DNA of 63,368 bases, filler included, from Reticulomyxa filosa (taxonomy: Eukaryota > Protista > Foraminifera), in assembly GCA_000512085.1 (NCBI GenBank). It is 18 parts of 18 records of this genome, joined end to end, with 100 filler letters (N's around TTAATTAATTAA, not from the genome) between each part and the next. Parts side by side here need not be neighbours in the genome. Positions count along the whole stretch, not along the records: positions 12,509 to 30,257 come from ASPP01001514.1; positions 30,358 to 31,454 come from ASPP01039245.1; positions 31,555 to 32,725 come from ASPP01015953.1; positions 32,826 to 34,213 come from ASPP01003448.1; positions 34,314 to 35,613 come from ASPP01020778.1; positions 35,714 to 42,222 come from ASPP01005720.1; 12 more parts are not named here. The stretch is one strand, 5' to 3'. The notes below the pieces were generated by a model. It saw nothing but the letters and a program-made list of their open reading frames with translations. It was not told the DNA's origin and made no database searches. Position numbers and translations under genes: made by a program. This document shows, piece after piece, positions 26,956-39,867 of this stretch; position 1 is the stretch's first letter; each line of letters begins with the position of its first letter.

Positions 26956-28073
26956 TTATTTTCCACCACGTTGAGTGCTTCCGTAAATAGCCAAATTGAA
27001 AGAATCAGTGACATCAACCTTAGCACCGCACAATGATCCGGCGGTTGTCTTCCAGTCCGGGGTCACACTGTCACCACTCAAACTGGTCAGTTTCATGTTA
27101 TTGAAATAAAATGGTTCCGAATTGTAATCTGTACACGTGTCAGCATAATATTGTTCCAACGTGGCCGCCGCCCAATTAAATTTTCTTCCAGTGTCGGGTT
27201 GGTTGAGAGTTGAAGAATTTCCGCTGGTCTCCTCTGTCATGCTAATGCTAACAACACTGCTATTAGAACCACATGAGCCAAATACTTTGTCACCAGTGGT
27301 CAATGTTTGGATTGGTCCATACCATGTTTGGCCTATCAAACAACAAGTTTGTTATTTTTTTTTGTCGACTTGAAGCAAATAAAAGTAAATCATTACTGCT
27401 TGGACAACAGTTAGTAGCCATCATCGACCATCCTCGGGGCAAGAAATCTATAGATTGTGACCATATGAAATGTTACATCAAAAAAAAATTACGTATACAA
27501 AGGACAAAGTTTTGGGCTCACGTTCTTGTCCGGCATCGCATCTACTTGACTCAGCGCAAAAAGAGACGACAGGTTGGATAATGGTCACATCTGCTTGGGC
27601 ATCATTTTGCATTCCAATGAAAAAGTACAATAATTCTCCACCGTTTGCGTCTGGACTTGCGCTTGGTAATGTGTATTCTGCTGTAAACACACCCATTTGC
27701 TCTGGCATTGTCGCACTTGCGTAATCTTCCCATTCGGTCAATATTTGCAGGCCTTTTGGTCTTGATCTTTTTTTTTATATATATGACGCCCTATTTTTTT
27801 TTGTATTAAAAAAAAAGCGGAACAAAACTGTCTTATTTTTTTTAAATTTTCTACGCAATGTGGCAATTCAGGGTGAAAGACGCGTCGTCCTGATCGGTAA
27901 ATTGCCCATACACCACCCTCTACGGGTTTAATAAATGCATCGTTCTCTTCCGCGACATGCACACAATCTTTTGGAAACTTTCCATAAGGTGTTGCAATAA
28001 GCGTCGAGTTGGACGAGTGTTTTGCAGAAACACACAAAAGTAAGAAGAAGCTTGAAATGACTTGATAGAGCAT
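26956..28073 (-). CDS. Secreted protein with probable pro-region and glutamic-peptidase (G1-like) fold, 4 exons
   Basis: Signal peptide, TPYGKFPKDCVH, then splices to EWEDYA..FTAEYTLP..LYFFIGMQ..IIQPVV..GWSMMA..GDKVFG..FNWAAATLEQY..C.DY. Confidence 0.65.
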
Positions 28074-28653
28074 ATTTTACTTCTTTTTGCGTAAATTTAC
28101 AAAAGAAATAGCGGACAAAAAAACAAGTTTTTCCAAGGTGGTCGAAAACTTGTTGTACCAAGAAAAACAAACTTTTGAAACACCGTTTTTTAGCATTACT
28201 GATGGCGTATTGCTGTCAAATAATTTTAGCAAAACTTAAAATATAGTTAAGCCACATTTTTTGTTATTTCCAATAAAGACAACTATCCTTTCATAAATTA
28301 ATTAAATATTCTTGCAACCGTACATTACACCACTGGGTGTATTATCTCATATCGATCAATAACATTTTCACTTGTGTATTTAACACTTCTAAACTTCGCT
28401 TTGGTTGATTTGTTCCATTTTTAATATGTCCGATAACCAGTATAAATCTTCATGGCCTTGTAATAAATTCCAAATAAAAAGAAAACGGAGAAATTAATCA
28501 TATCGGCCACAACTATTGAGTTTTTCACTTTGTTATGAAATAAATTAATTACTGTTGCAGAATATAATCGAAATATTGTAATATTTGCCAAAAAAAATAT
28601 ACGTTTTAATTCATTAATTAATTAATTCTTTTACGTATATTACAATTGATCTC

Positions 28654-28761
28654 AAAAAGATTCCCCTAAAATCAACTCCTACAATTTTATTCATGAAAAG
28701 ACAATGTTTTTTCATGAATAAACTGTACATGTTTGTAGAGATTGATTTTGGAGAAATTTTT
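28654..28761. repeat. ~108-bp imperfect palindrome, MITE-like
   Basis: Inner stem TTTATTCATGAAAAGACA/TGTTTTTTCATGAATAAA; outer arms AAAAAGATTCCCCTAAAATCAACTCCTACAA/TTGTAGAGATTGATTTTGGAGAAATTTTT. Confidence 0.7.
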
Positions 28762-29289
28762 ATTGCAGCCGGTTGGTGGTTTCATGATTCTTTCACTTTT
28801 CATTTATGCTACAGCTGGTCGTTTCGTGTATGTATTTCCATTGCACGTTTGTTGAGCATTTGAAGTGAAGATATGTCTTTTAAATGTAAATATTTATTTT
28901 TCTAGACTCACGCCCCACTATTCTTTTTTAGGTCTTTTTCAAAAATGGCAAACTCGGACACTTTTTGTTTTTTTGAAAAGTCTGTCCTTGCAGCAGTTCG
29001 GGTGCTGATACATAAAAAACATTTTTATCACCCTCTATAACTCAACATTACAATATGCTTTCTTTCGATGTGGATGGCTTCAGTAACAAAAAATCTTTTT
29101 AAACATTGGTTTCCTCTTTGGAAAAAAAAAAGGCAGTTTTTCCCATAACAAAGCGTCGTTGGTTTGGTTGTGTTGGAACCGGTAGGAGCAGCGCCGCCAT
29201 TTGAAAGACTGGCGGGTAATTGCAGCCATATTTCAATTTTTTCAAACACGCTACCCGATATTTTTTTGCCAGTGGAAAGTAGCAGCAAG

Positions 29290-30257
29290 ATGGAGACACC
29301 AGTGAACCCATCGAGGTCACAAGCCAGTCAAGGTGAACAAGATAGTCAAGACACGATGGTGACTCCCCCCAACCACATTAGCAGTGCCACACAGTACATG
29401 TCTATCCTGACACCAGGCAAAAAAAAAAGAAGCATTTATTTCCAATAAACCATTAAAAAACGGGATTTTTTTTTTATTTTAATAAGAAGAGATTGGAAAC
29501 TGTTAGTATGTAAAACCCCCTTTTTTTTAAAAAAAAAAAAAAAAGAAAATTATGTAGCAGCAACGTCAAGCGAGAACAAAAGACCAACGGAAAAAGACAA
29601 GAAACCAGAACTGGACTTGTTCCATGGGATGTCCGAATGCACAGAAGATCAAATCGATGTGGCGACAATTCACATCCGCATCCGTGCGGACAAATTGCAG
29701 CGAACTCGAACGTGGTTCAGTTACGTGATCGAGTCGAATGACAGTAAGCTGATCGAGTCCCTACGTCACGACTTGGACATGAATAATGCTGGTGGTAATG
29801 TTGGAGATAATGCAAAGACATCACCTTGCACTTCTTCTTCTTCTTCTACTACTACTTCGATCACAAAGGACTTTCAAGAGTCGAGTGAAACGGCGTGGGG
29901 CAAGTTTTTACATTGCATTGGCGCCCACATGAATATCCAAAATCGAGAGGACAAACAAATTGATAACCCCGCAGACATGATGCGCACATTCCACGAAATC
30001 ATGCATCGGCCGATCCCCATCACGTCCGAAATACAAAACCTACAATTCGCGTATCGAATGGGCCATCAGATGGGAACGTTTGGGGGGTTTCAAATGGGAT
30101 GTAATTACAGTCAGCAAATGCAGTCACGAATGCAAACCCCGTATGCCAACGGGGACAATGGGGCCACGGAAACACTGCGTCACGCAACGGGACATGTTAT
30201 TGGCAACGATGACGATGACGATGATGATGACGATGATGATGATAATGACAATAATAA
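29290..30257 (+). CDS. Hypothetical protein, 3'-partial, with a GC-AG intron at 29417-29557 and a poly-Asp tract
   Basis: Splicing joins SILTP to AATSSENKRP..DLFHGMSEC in frame with the 230-aa ORF. Confidence 0.55.
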
Positions 30258-30357
30258 NNNNNNNNNNNNNNNNNNNNNNNNNNNNNNNNNNNNNNNNNNN
30301 NTTAATTAATTAANNNNNNNNNNNNNNNNNNNNNNNNNNNNNNNNNNNNNNNNNNNN

Positions 30358-30391
<34 letters not shown>

Positions 30392-30395
<4 letters not shown>

Positions 30396-30631
30396 AAAAA
30401 GCAGTACCGCTGGAAGAATATTTAGTCGAGGATATCGAGCAAAGCGCTTCGCGTGTGCAAGCGCTGAAGACGAAGTGGAAAGACACAAAAGAGAAGACGC
30501 AACATCGAGTACGCACCCGAGACGATCCCAATTGCATTGAGTCATCTGATCGCATTGCGTGTCATGTGGAAAGAGACATTCACAATGTCAAAGCCAAAAG
30601 CATCGAATTATGTCGTGACTTTCCAATAGTT

Positions 30632-30671
<40 letters not shown>

Positions 30672-31440
30672 TATATATACCATATATTATATATGACATA
30701 TAATCGTAATATTGAATATATCTATTTACAATGACAAACGATACTACAAGGTATTTGTGGAGAAGAAGGTAGATGTGGTCCTATGGAAAGTGATAAATAG
30801 CGAATTGCAGACATCGATGCCATCTCCAAAAATGACAGGTGAGGAGGACATGTGGAAATGGAAGTCCAAACAGCGCTCGAAACTGTTGGAGTCGATTCAA
30901 TATTACACCGATCTTGCCCACGCAATCGAACAGCGACTGACGGAAAGAATAAGCCAATGGACGTCGTGTCAGTCGTCCCAACAAGCCTTGTCCATTTGCT
31001 CGCATTCGTCAAACGCAAGCGAAGGGGCGAGTCTAAGCGTCACAAATGACACCACCGCAACCGCGCAAGAAAGACATTCTGCAGCCCGACAACTGCAAAA
31101 GCAAATCGACGCGTATTACTTGCTTCAAGGCTTGCAATTTGCGAGAATCGGAGACTTGCAGCGCTACTTGGAACGTCTTACCGCGTCTGAATCGACGCCA
31201 TCGTGGAACGCCGCAATGGAGAGCTATGCCAAAGGCCTGCAATGCGACCCAGGCATTGGCCAAATCTATAACAACCTTGGGGTTATCGCTTACATGTCAG
31301 GGGACGATTTCCTGGCAATGCACCAATACATGAGAGCTTTGAGTACCCCGCTCCACAAATTCTGCGCGCATGAAAATTTGTTGGCCGTTATTGAACGGAA
31401 TAGGCATGACTTTGAAAAGCTGTTGAAAGAGTTTCGCTTG
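30392..31440 (+). CDS. EST1/SMG5-7 family TPR (14-3-3-like) protein, internal fragment
   Basis: RIGDLQRY, A..SYAKGLQCDPGIGQIYNNLGVIA, AMHQYMRAL, AHENL match the Est1 DNA/RNA-binding domain pattern. Confidence 0.8.
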
Positions 31441-31554
31441 ATTTTTTTTTTTTTNNNNNNNNNNNNNNNNNNNNNNNNNNNNNNNNNNNNNNNNNNNNTT
31501 AATTAATTAANNNNNNNNNNNNNNNNNNNNNNNNNNNNNNNNNNNNNNNNNNNN

Positions 31555-31589
<35 letters not shown>

Positions 31590-31654
31590 CCCCTTCTCTC
31601 CTTTGAATGGACTTTACACATCGTACATTCGAACCATACATTACGTATACATAC

Positions 31655-32725
31655 CCTAATCCAATGAGCTTTAATATCAACTCCAACGTAAAAAAAAAAG
31701 TAAAGGCTAAATTGAGTGTGTCTAAAGTGTCCATCCATTGCTTGGATATGCCGGGCCAGTAAATGGCCAAGACGATAGTATTGAAGAAGATGACCATGGT
31801 GACGATTGCGTTAAAGACATTGCTTTGTATAATGTGACGAATTGCAACAACTATCTTGGGCTTTCCTTGCAAGTACAAATCGGGTTTGTCTCGAGACAGT
31901 CGCAATGCCTTGCGAGCCAATGCCTCATGTCTTCGTCTTTGCATTGCCTCTTCTTTCTTTTCTTTCTCTACATCATTTTCTATGTCAATGCTTTCCAACA
32001 CCGACGACATATTTGTCGAATTCCCTTTTTTTGTTTGTTTTTTGTGTTATGTCCATCAATTGTAAAAGGCGATCCAACACTCAAAGGCTGTTCACAGTTG
32101 CGCAATGTCGTGTTTACTTTGTGTTGTTTTGGTACGGATTAACTTCGATGGCCTTTGGTTGACTGCGTCGAGAGCACAGTGCTGAATCCACTTTCGGATT
32201 TCGACAGTCGTGAGTATGCCGGATTATGATGGGCCCAGTCTGCACTCTTTGTTTGGGAGATCATGTCTTTGTAGAATAAGTATACATCACCGGTTCGCCA
32301 TTGTTGTAGCCATAAATTCGATTTTTCTAATATCACATTATATTTTATACATACATACGTATATAATATGTGTATGTGCATATATGTATATATGTTTATA
32401 TATACATATACACGTGTATATATATGTATGTGTATTTTGTTGACGTTTGTCACATACAAGATGAAACCGAGTGTTAACGTGAAATAACAACAACAAAAAA
32501 TACACAATGCGTGAATGCTTGTTTACGAAGAGTATTCAAACCTTCTCGAAGGCTCTTGATTCTGAAAAGCGCGTTATTTGCCGCTGTGGTCGTCGATGTC
32601 GCTGTACTTTGCTTCAACGCGATTTTCTCCATGGAATCGATATGACCATCAGTGTGAGGATGTCCTCCAATATCATCTTCATCATCATTGCACTCCTTCT
32701 TCTCCTTCTCCTTCTCCTTCTCCTT
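31655..32725 (-). CDS. Voltage-gated Ca/Na channel alpha subunit fragment (linker plus S1-S2)
   Basis: SNVFNAIVTMVIFFNTIVLAI..LDTLNLAFTFFFTLELILKLIGLG, preceded by acidic linker exons. Confidence 0.8.
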
Positions 32726-32987
32726 NNNNNNNNNNNNNNNNNNNNNNNNNNNNNNNNNNNNNNNNNNNNTTAATTAATTAANNNNNNNNNNNNNNNNNNN
32801 NNNNNNNNNNNNNNNNNNNNNNNNNAATTGATTTTTTTTTTGTTATTACTATTTGGCTTTGTTTTCCAACGCTTTGCTAGGATTTAAAGAGGATTGCTCT
32901 GAATTTTTGCGATGGTAACTCTATTTTTTTCCCATCATTCCAACACACCACAAATCATAGATGTCAAGCAAGAACAACAATATACAA

Positions 32988-33203
32988 TTAGTGTCTTAGT
33001 TGTACCTCCGGGTCATCTCTATCATCAGTTTTAACAGGTTTGGACTGATAATTGATCACCCAAATTATAACTAATGATATCATCACAACAACACCCACTT
33101 TGCACCATGAATTTTCCAGAACAGTTATTACTCCTTGAAAACTTCCCAAAGAATTTGGGCATATTTCATTGGAGCTAGACTCGAAATCATCGCCCTCGTT
33201 CAT
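32988..33203 (-). CDS. Small hypothetical single-pass membrane protein
   Basis: 71-aa ORF with one hydrophobic helix; no family recognised. Confidence 0.3.
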   Translation of the reverse strand: MNEGDDFESSSNEICPNSLGSFQGVITVLENSWCKVGVVVMISLVIIWVINYQSKPVKTDDRDDPEVQLRH

Positions 33204-34318
33204 TAATATTGCTTTTAATTTTTTGAAGACGAGACCCTTTGGGCCTTATTGTCAAACGCACAAACAAGAAGATAATGGTGATATTAATCAAAATTTTACT
33301 GTGCAAGCAATTTTCTTTTGTGCCAATGGACGGAAGTAATTTCCTTTTGAGTGGTTGAAATGGATTGTAATTAAAACTTTTCATTTGTTATTTTTTTTCA
33401 AAAAGCAGACAATATCTTTTTTGAAAAAATCTAAATTAATTCATCAACATAAACAACATGAGTAATCAAACCTTTCAAAATTTAGGTGATTTGCCGTTCA
33501 ATTTTCACAACATCAATTTGTGCTAAATAAACAAGAAATCCTCATTTGTGACGTTATCGTCAAGAAATCCCTTTATTATCTTTTGGTGGATGAAAATAAA
33601 AGATATAAATTGGTGACAAAATATGTAAGTGTTTGGAGTGATAATAATGACAATCATGATCGCAATGACAATGATAATGAAGAAATCAGATCTTCACATC
33701 CGCGCTACTTTGTATAAAATCACAGCGCCTGTATTTTTGCACGTTTTATATTTTTGTGTTATAAATATATATAAATATGTATACGTATAAGCATATTATT
33801 TATTTAATTTAATGTAAAAAAAAATGTGACAGTTATTGAGAGATGTCGAAGTTAAGCATTTATATGATACCCTTTGCAGATTGCGAGTTGTGAAAGTAAA
33901 ATCATGTTATTATGCAATTGATGCCAAAGAGCAAGAAAATAGAATTGAGTGGTGATCATAAGTATCGTAGTTTGATGTTGTTTGACGACTGTGTGAACGT
34001 AGTATACTGACCATTAACAGTATAAAACGAATAATATATTCATTGGTAGTTTCATTTAATTGAGTACAGTCTCAATGTTGTCAGTAGCTAATTTGCGATT
34101 ATATTGAAAGCAAGATAAATACTAACTTTTCACACGAAACTATAAATGAAGTAAATAGTATTTGCATGTAGTATATGAAGATATATGCTTCAACAGTGAC
34201 AAAAACAAATTGANNNNNNNNNNNNNNNNNNNNNNNNNNNNNNNNNNNNNNNNNNNNTTAATTAATTAANNNNNNNNNNNNNNNNNNNNNNNNNNNNNNN
34301 NNNNNNNNNNNNNAAAAA

Positions 34319-34357
<39 letters not shown>

Positions 34358-34385
34358 AGATTCGAATGCACTTTCTTTACACGAA

Positions 34386-35559
34386 ATGAATTGGAACAAT
34401 GGAAAAGAACAAAAGTTCAAAACAAATAATAACAACAACAACAACAACAGTAATAGCAATGCGAATATAACTGGTGCTGCTGGTAATAACAGCATGAACA
34501 ATACAAGTGCTACGACAACAGCAACGACGATGGTTGCAACAACAACCACAGCAATTACAACAAATAATAACAACAACAACAACAATGGCGTCACAAATGG
34601 CCAAAAAGACAAACAAAATCCATTTTCACATACGTCCAATCTTGTACAGCAGCTGAATGCGAGACGAAAACCTCCACCGCAAAACAGTGGGAGCCGCGGC
34701 TATGCCGACCACTCCTCCCCACACAAAAACAAGTTTGTAGTGAACAATGACCACGACTACACGCCCCAAAACAATTCCAGCGAACATGAGCAGCATGTTG
34801 ACGATGAAGATGATGACGAAGAAGAAGAAGAAGAAGAAGAAGAGAAAAGAGAATATAACGACGACAATGGCAATGAAGAGGAGGAAGAAGAAGAAGAAGA
34901 AGAAGAGGAGGTAGAAGAAGAGGAACAAGTATTACAAATGGGAATTGGTAATGAACATGAAAATGAAGATGAAGAAGAAGAAGAAGAAGAAGAAGATGAT
35001 GATGATGATAATGATGATGATGATGATGATGATGATGAAAATAGCAATGGCATGACATACATACGCAAAAAGAATCTTGGAAAGGTCGAACACAATATAT
35101 TGTGGCCAAACGTGGCAACACGGACTTTGACGCACGAGCAAGGGAAAAACAAAAAAAGAAGAAGAAGAAGAAGAAGAAGGCGATCTATCATGACCAATGG
35201 CAAAACGCACATGGCAATGATAACGACGACGATGATAACAATGACGACAGAGGCAACAAACGGCGGACAAGAGAACAAAATGCAACCAAAAAGTCCAAAT
35301 CAAACATACGCAAGCCAACCCTATTCGCACAATATCCAAATGCCAATGAAATGGATTTGATCAATCGCGTTCATCCCACTCGTACAGTCGCAAACGCAAA
35401 TGCAAAGACCAAAATCAATGTCAAAGAAAAGGCGTCGCGCTCGTTGTTTGAACAGGGTCATTACCGACCATCGAGTCACGAAGACGATATGGAAATTGAA
35501 ACCGAGGAAAAGATTGATTCCGCGTCCACTTCTTTGCAATCGGACAATAACATTGATAG
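34386..35559 (+). CDS. Low-complexity (poly-N/T/E/D) internal exon of a hypothetical protein
   Basis: Built on (AAC)n, (GAA)n and (GAT)n. A probable homopolymer frameshift near 35150 leads into the 35102-35599 frame. Confidence 0.5.
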
Positions 35560-36472
35560 GTTATCTTTTCTTCCTGTTGTCTTTGCACTTATTAAATAAA
35601 TAAATAAATACATNNNNNNNNNNNNNNNNNNNNNNNNNNNNNNNNNNNNNNNNNNNNTTAATTAATTAANNNNNNNNNNNNNNNNNNNNNNNNNNNNNNN
35701 NNNNNNNNNNNNNTTTTTTTTTTTTTTTTTTTTTTTGGTTTTTGTTCGCGCTTCTTTTTCCCTTCTTTTTCTTTCAAAGAGTTTCTATTGTCAGACAGTG
35801 GTTTTCCCACCCAGACGCTGGGGAGAAAATCAAATTAAAGAAAATCCAACTTGTTTGAAATATATTCGAGATTACTGACAATTTTGAAATTTGTACCTTT
35901 CCGACAAAAAAAATCTTCCATTATTAGAACCACATTTTTACTTTTTAATTCTGTTTTGTTTAGTTTGAATTACGGTGTAAAACGTAGACATTTGACAAAG
36001 TAATCAAAGACCAGATATTAAATTTAACTTTTTCAAACATCTGTATCTGATCCATTCCGAAATGTTCTGGTATGAATGCTGAGTACATTTTTATAGGTGT
36101 CGTTGGTTAATGCTCCCAGCATATTCACCACGCAAGAAATTATTATGATGGTTTTATTGTGCTTTGGTATCAACAAAAAAGATATGTTTCTTATTTTTTG
36201 AAAGATCCCGGCACACTTCACTATCGTATTTGTGGCCAACCTCAGAAAAGAAGTTGTCTAGAAGAGGGGTACGGTTTTCAAAAGTTTCTGAATTCTAAAG
36301 ACAAATTTTGGTATTGGCTCTTAATTTTTTCTTGTGTGTTGTTTAGTGATTTGTATGACATTTGTTTTGAATCATAAAATTATAATCCTGCTATCAATAA
36401 TTGTCGCAGTTGCAGCTATTTGGAAAACGCAAGAACAACCTAACTAAACAAAACCGGTCAAGCAAACAATCG

Positions 36473-36703
36473 ATGCAGCCATTGAAAGAGGAACAAAAGC
36501 CAGAGGTCCAGGCAATGACAAGCGAGAGTAAAATAGGAAGTGAAGAGGAGAGGGTTATGAAAACAGAGACAAGTGACAGCGCGTTGGCAAAGTGTAAAGA
36601 GCCATCCGTGGAAAATATAGTTAATGTCATTTAAAGGTGATACGTATTTGCATATAAATATATACAAATATGATTTTTTGTTTTTTTTTTTTTTTTGCAA
36701 GCG

Positions 36704-36743
<40 letters not shown>

Positions 36744-38026
36744 AAGATATGTCGTCCAAATAATGTTGCGGGCATTGGAAATCTTCAAGTCGCATCCCAA
36801 CGTTGTACATTATAACTTACCAAGCCAAAGCACGAATGGAAGTGATGCACATGTTGGCAAAGACGAGAAGACGGATGACGTGACGAATGTGTCTTGTAAC
36901 GTATCGACGGCCTTGACGGGACAAGAGAATGGAAATGCAACAAGAATTACTGTCTGTGGAGATGTTCACGGACAATACTACGACTTTTTAAACATATTCA
37001 AATTGAACGGCGTGCCAAATGCCAATAATCCATACTTGTTCAACGGCGACTTTGTGGATCGTGGTAGTTGGAGTATGGAAGTGATACTTGTCATGCTCAG
37101 TTGGAAATGCGTTTTACCTACGCACTTTATGATGACCCGTGGAAATCACGAAAGTAAGAATATGAATGAAATGTATGGATTCAAAGGCGAGGTTGAACAT
37201 AAATACGAAACACGTATTTATCAATTATTTTGTGAATTATTCAATTGGCTACCTTTGGCTTACATTCTAGGTTCGATTTCGTATTTATCACACAATGTCC
37301 TAATGTGTCTGAAGTATCTTGCACACATTATATATGCACATTATAACCTGTTTTAATCTTTGTGACAATTTTTTTATAACCTGTTTTAATCTTTGTGACA
37401 ATTTTTTTTTTTATTGTTGTTTAGGCAATTGTTTCAATTTTTTTGTAACAAACCCAAACAATCAGGAAATAAAATATTCGTTTGTCACGGTGGATTGTTT
37501 CAAGAAGAGCACGTAAAAATCAAAGACTTACAACAGTTAAACCGTGTATGTCAACCCAGCGAAGGTAACATTAATCCTCCCAAAGAAGCTTCCATCATGA
37601 GCGATTTATTGTGGAGTGATCCTCAACCCTTGTATGGACGAGCACCGTCCAAACGTGGTGGAGGAATCATGTTTGGTCCAGACATTACAAAAAATTTCCT
37701 TCAAGAAAACAACTTGCAAATGGTCATTCGTTCCCATGAAGTTGAAAAGGATGGTTTCAAAATTCATCACAACGGACAATTAGTTACGATATTCAGTGCT
37801 CCTAATTACGTTGATTCAATGGGAAATAAAGGCGCTTACATTCTACTGAATCAAAATTATCGTCCCACTTATTATCAATTTGATGCTGTCGAACATCCTG
37901 ACGTGAAACCAATGGTATGTAGTTCTATTGCTCAACTCAATCCACGAGCTTTTGTTTACACTTATTTTTGTATGCTCTTTACAGGCCTATGCTGCAGGTC
38001 CAATGTCGTTTATGAATTTTATGTGA
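36473..38026 (+). CDS. PP5-like Ser/Thr protein phosphatase catalytic domain; 5' structure uncertain
   Basis: GDVHGQ, YLFNGDFVDRGSWSMEV, RGNHE, HGGLF, LLWSDP, RSHEV, TIFSAPNY, and a PP5-type C-terminus FDAVEHPDVKPM-AYA across an intron. Confidence 0.9.
37342..37410 (+). repeat. Intronic tandem duplication, about 33 bp x 2
   Basis: TATAACCTGTTTTAATCTTTGTGACAATTTTTT occurs twice in tandem. Confidence 0.85.
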
Positions 38027-39867
38027 CAAATGGACAAGCAAGTGCATGCATGTCGAGGTTCATTTTGTTTCTATGTTTTTCTTCTCTTTCTCAACCAGCA
38101 CCTTGCTGGCGTTCTTTTCTTGAATTTCATTGGAGCACTTTTTCTACTTGGTGCAAAAAGAAATTCTTGCAAATCAATGACATCTCTGGATGCAATAATT
38201 ATTCATATTGCATTATAAACATAACTTTTCGCTTCCTTGCATAAGTTTAACAACTCAAAAAAGTTTTTGTGACTATTTTACTATGTACTCCAATCACCCA
38301 ATCCTTTTGTTAGATTTTTTTAAAACTACAAAAATATGAAATTCTTCATTTTTGAAAAAATAACTTCATTGAACCGATTGATGTTGTGCACAACACATAC
38401 ACCGGCTACGATGAATTAAATTAATTATGTCGATTAATAATAATTTTCAGCATGCTTTTATAGCCAAGACTGCATAAATGCATCCTATTCAAATAAATTG
38501 TTTTGTAACTCCAAAAGGGCAATTCATACAAATTCTTAATCAATTTATCAATCACTTTCTCTAGTTTTTGGAAAATGCATCTTGTATAAACTGATTTAAT
38601 TCAAAAATTAATTGAGCATTTATCAGTTTTCTGAGAAATAAAAAAAACAGCATTGATGCAATCGTAAAAAAAGAACCAGATACCAAAAAACAAAATGCAA
38701 AAAAATAAATATAATTGCTATTAGGCATTAATTTTGTCCATATTGAGCTTAGCAATTTTAACAATATTATCCAACTCATATTCGTTGTTTTGCTGGATTT
38801 GTATTCTGATGAGAAATATTTGATCACGTTGAAGTTTTGAGAAATCCAATACAGGCAGTGCATAGTATTGACAATTGTGAGTATACATTCATATTGAATA
38901 TTGCAAATTTACAGACATATTTGCATAACAATGAGGTTGTAAATACTATTTTCACCAATCGATAAATCTGATTTGCTGACTTTGGTAAAGTCAACCGTTA
39001 TTGTTGCAGTGTTTGTGATTCCATTCAATTGTTGAAATATATAATCATTTGTTTTTACAAACGCAATCCCAACAAGTGATCAATCAAAATTCCCGAATGA
39101 CATAAACTTGCATTTCTTGAACAAATATTGTCCTCACACCTTTTTCCAATTCCTTTTATTTTTATTTTTCATATTCAATTGTATTTGCATTTGCAAGTCA
39201 ATATGTTTTTTGTGTTGGTAATTACCAAAATGAATATGTCTGATCCATCAAATCTACAATAGTGTTGTGACACGAAAATTGAGACATTTCAGTAAGCTCA
39301 CAGTTGCTATCTCTTGTCACATTGCCAATTGCTAACATTTTTTCCGTTTTCGCTTTGTGGTTTTGAAAATAAAGACAGTATCAAATAAAGAAGTCCAACG
39401 AGTGTGTACTAACAAATAACGAAGTCCAAACAACTTGTGTCTTGATGTAGTTAGGAGAAAAATAAGATGGAAAACATGTGAATTTTCCATATTGCCGAAA
39501 TGCGGCCAGCTTTTTTTTTTTTCCAAAAAATGGAAAAAAACTTATTATTATAAGAGTAAACTTAGAAATAAAATTCTAAGTTACCCATTCGGGACAATGT
39601 GTGAGTGATCTGAGTTGTATTGGAAAAAAGAATTTTTATACATTCATCAAATGGATATTATCAACGCTATTGTTGATATGTTTGTAAATCTGTTGAACTT
39701 CATTGACACAACTTTTTTGACATAATGACTTAGAGAAAAAACTATGAATTGAATGTGATATCCTTTAAACAAAATGAATGAAAATATAAATGGTTTGCAA
39801 AAAAGTTATGATGAATGATTATGATTGGACAAAAATGGAAAAATTATAAAAAAAAACAAAGGATATT

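Noticed and set aside
34262-35339. Several long antisense ORFs (poly-L, S, H, F, I)
   Set aside because: Shadows of trinucleotide repeats in the sense low-complexity exon.
38500-39500. Cys/His-rich minus-strand fragments resembling an RBR/IBR zinc-finger pseudogene
   Set aside because: Too fragmented to give consistent ligand spacing.
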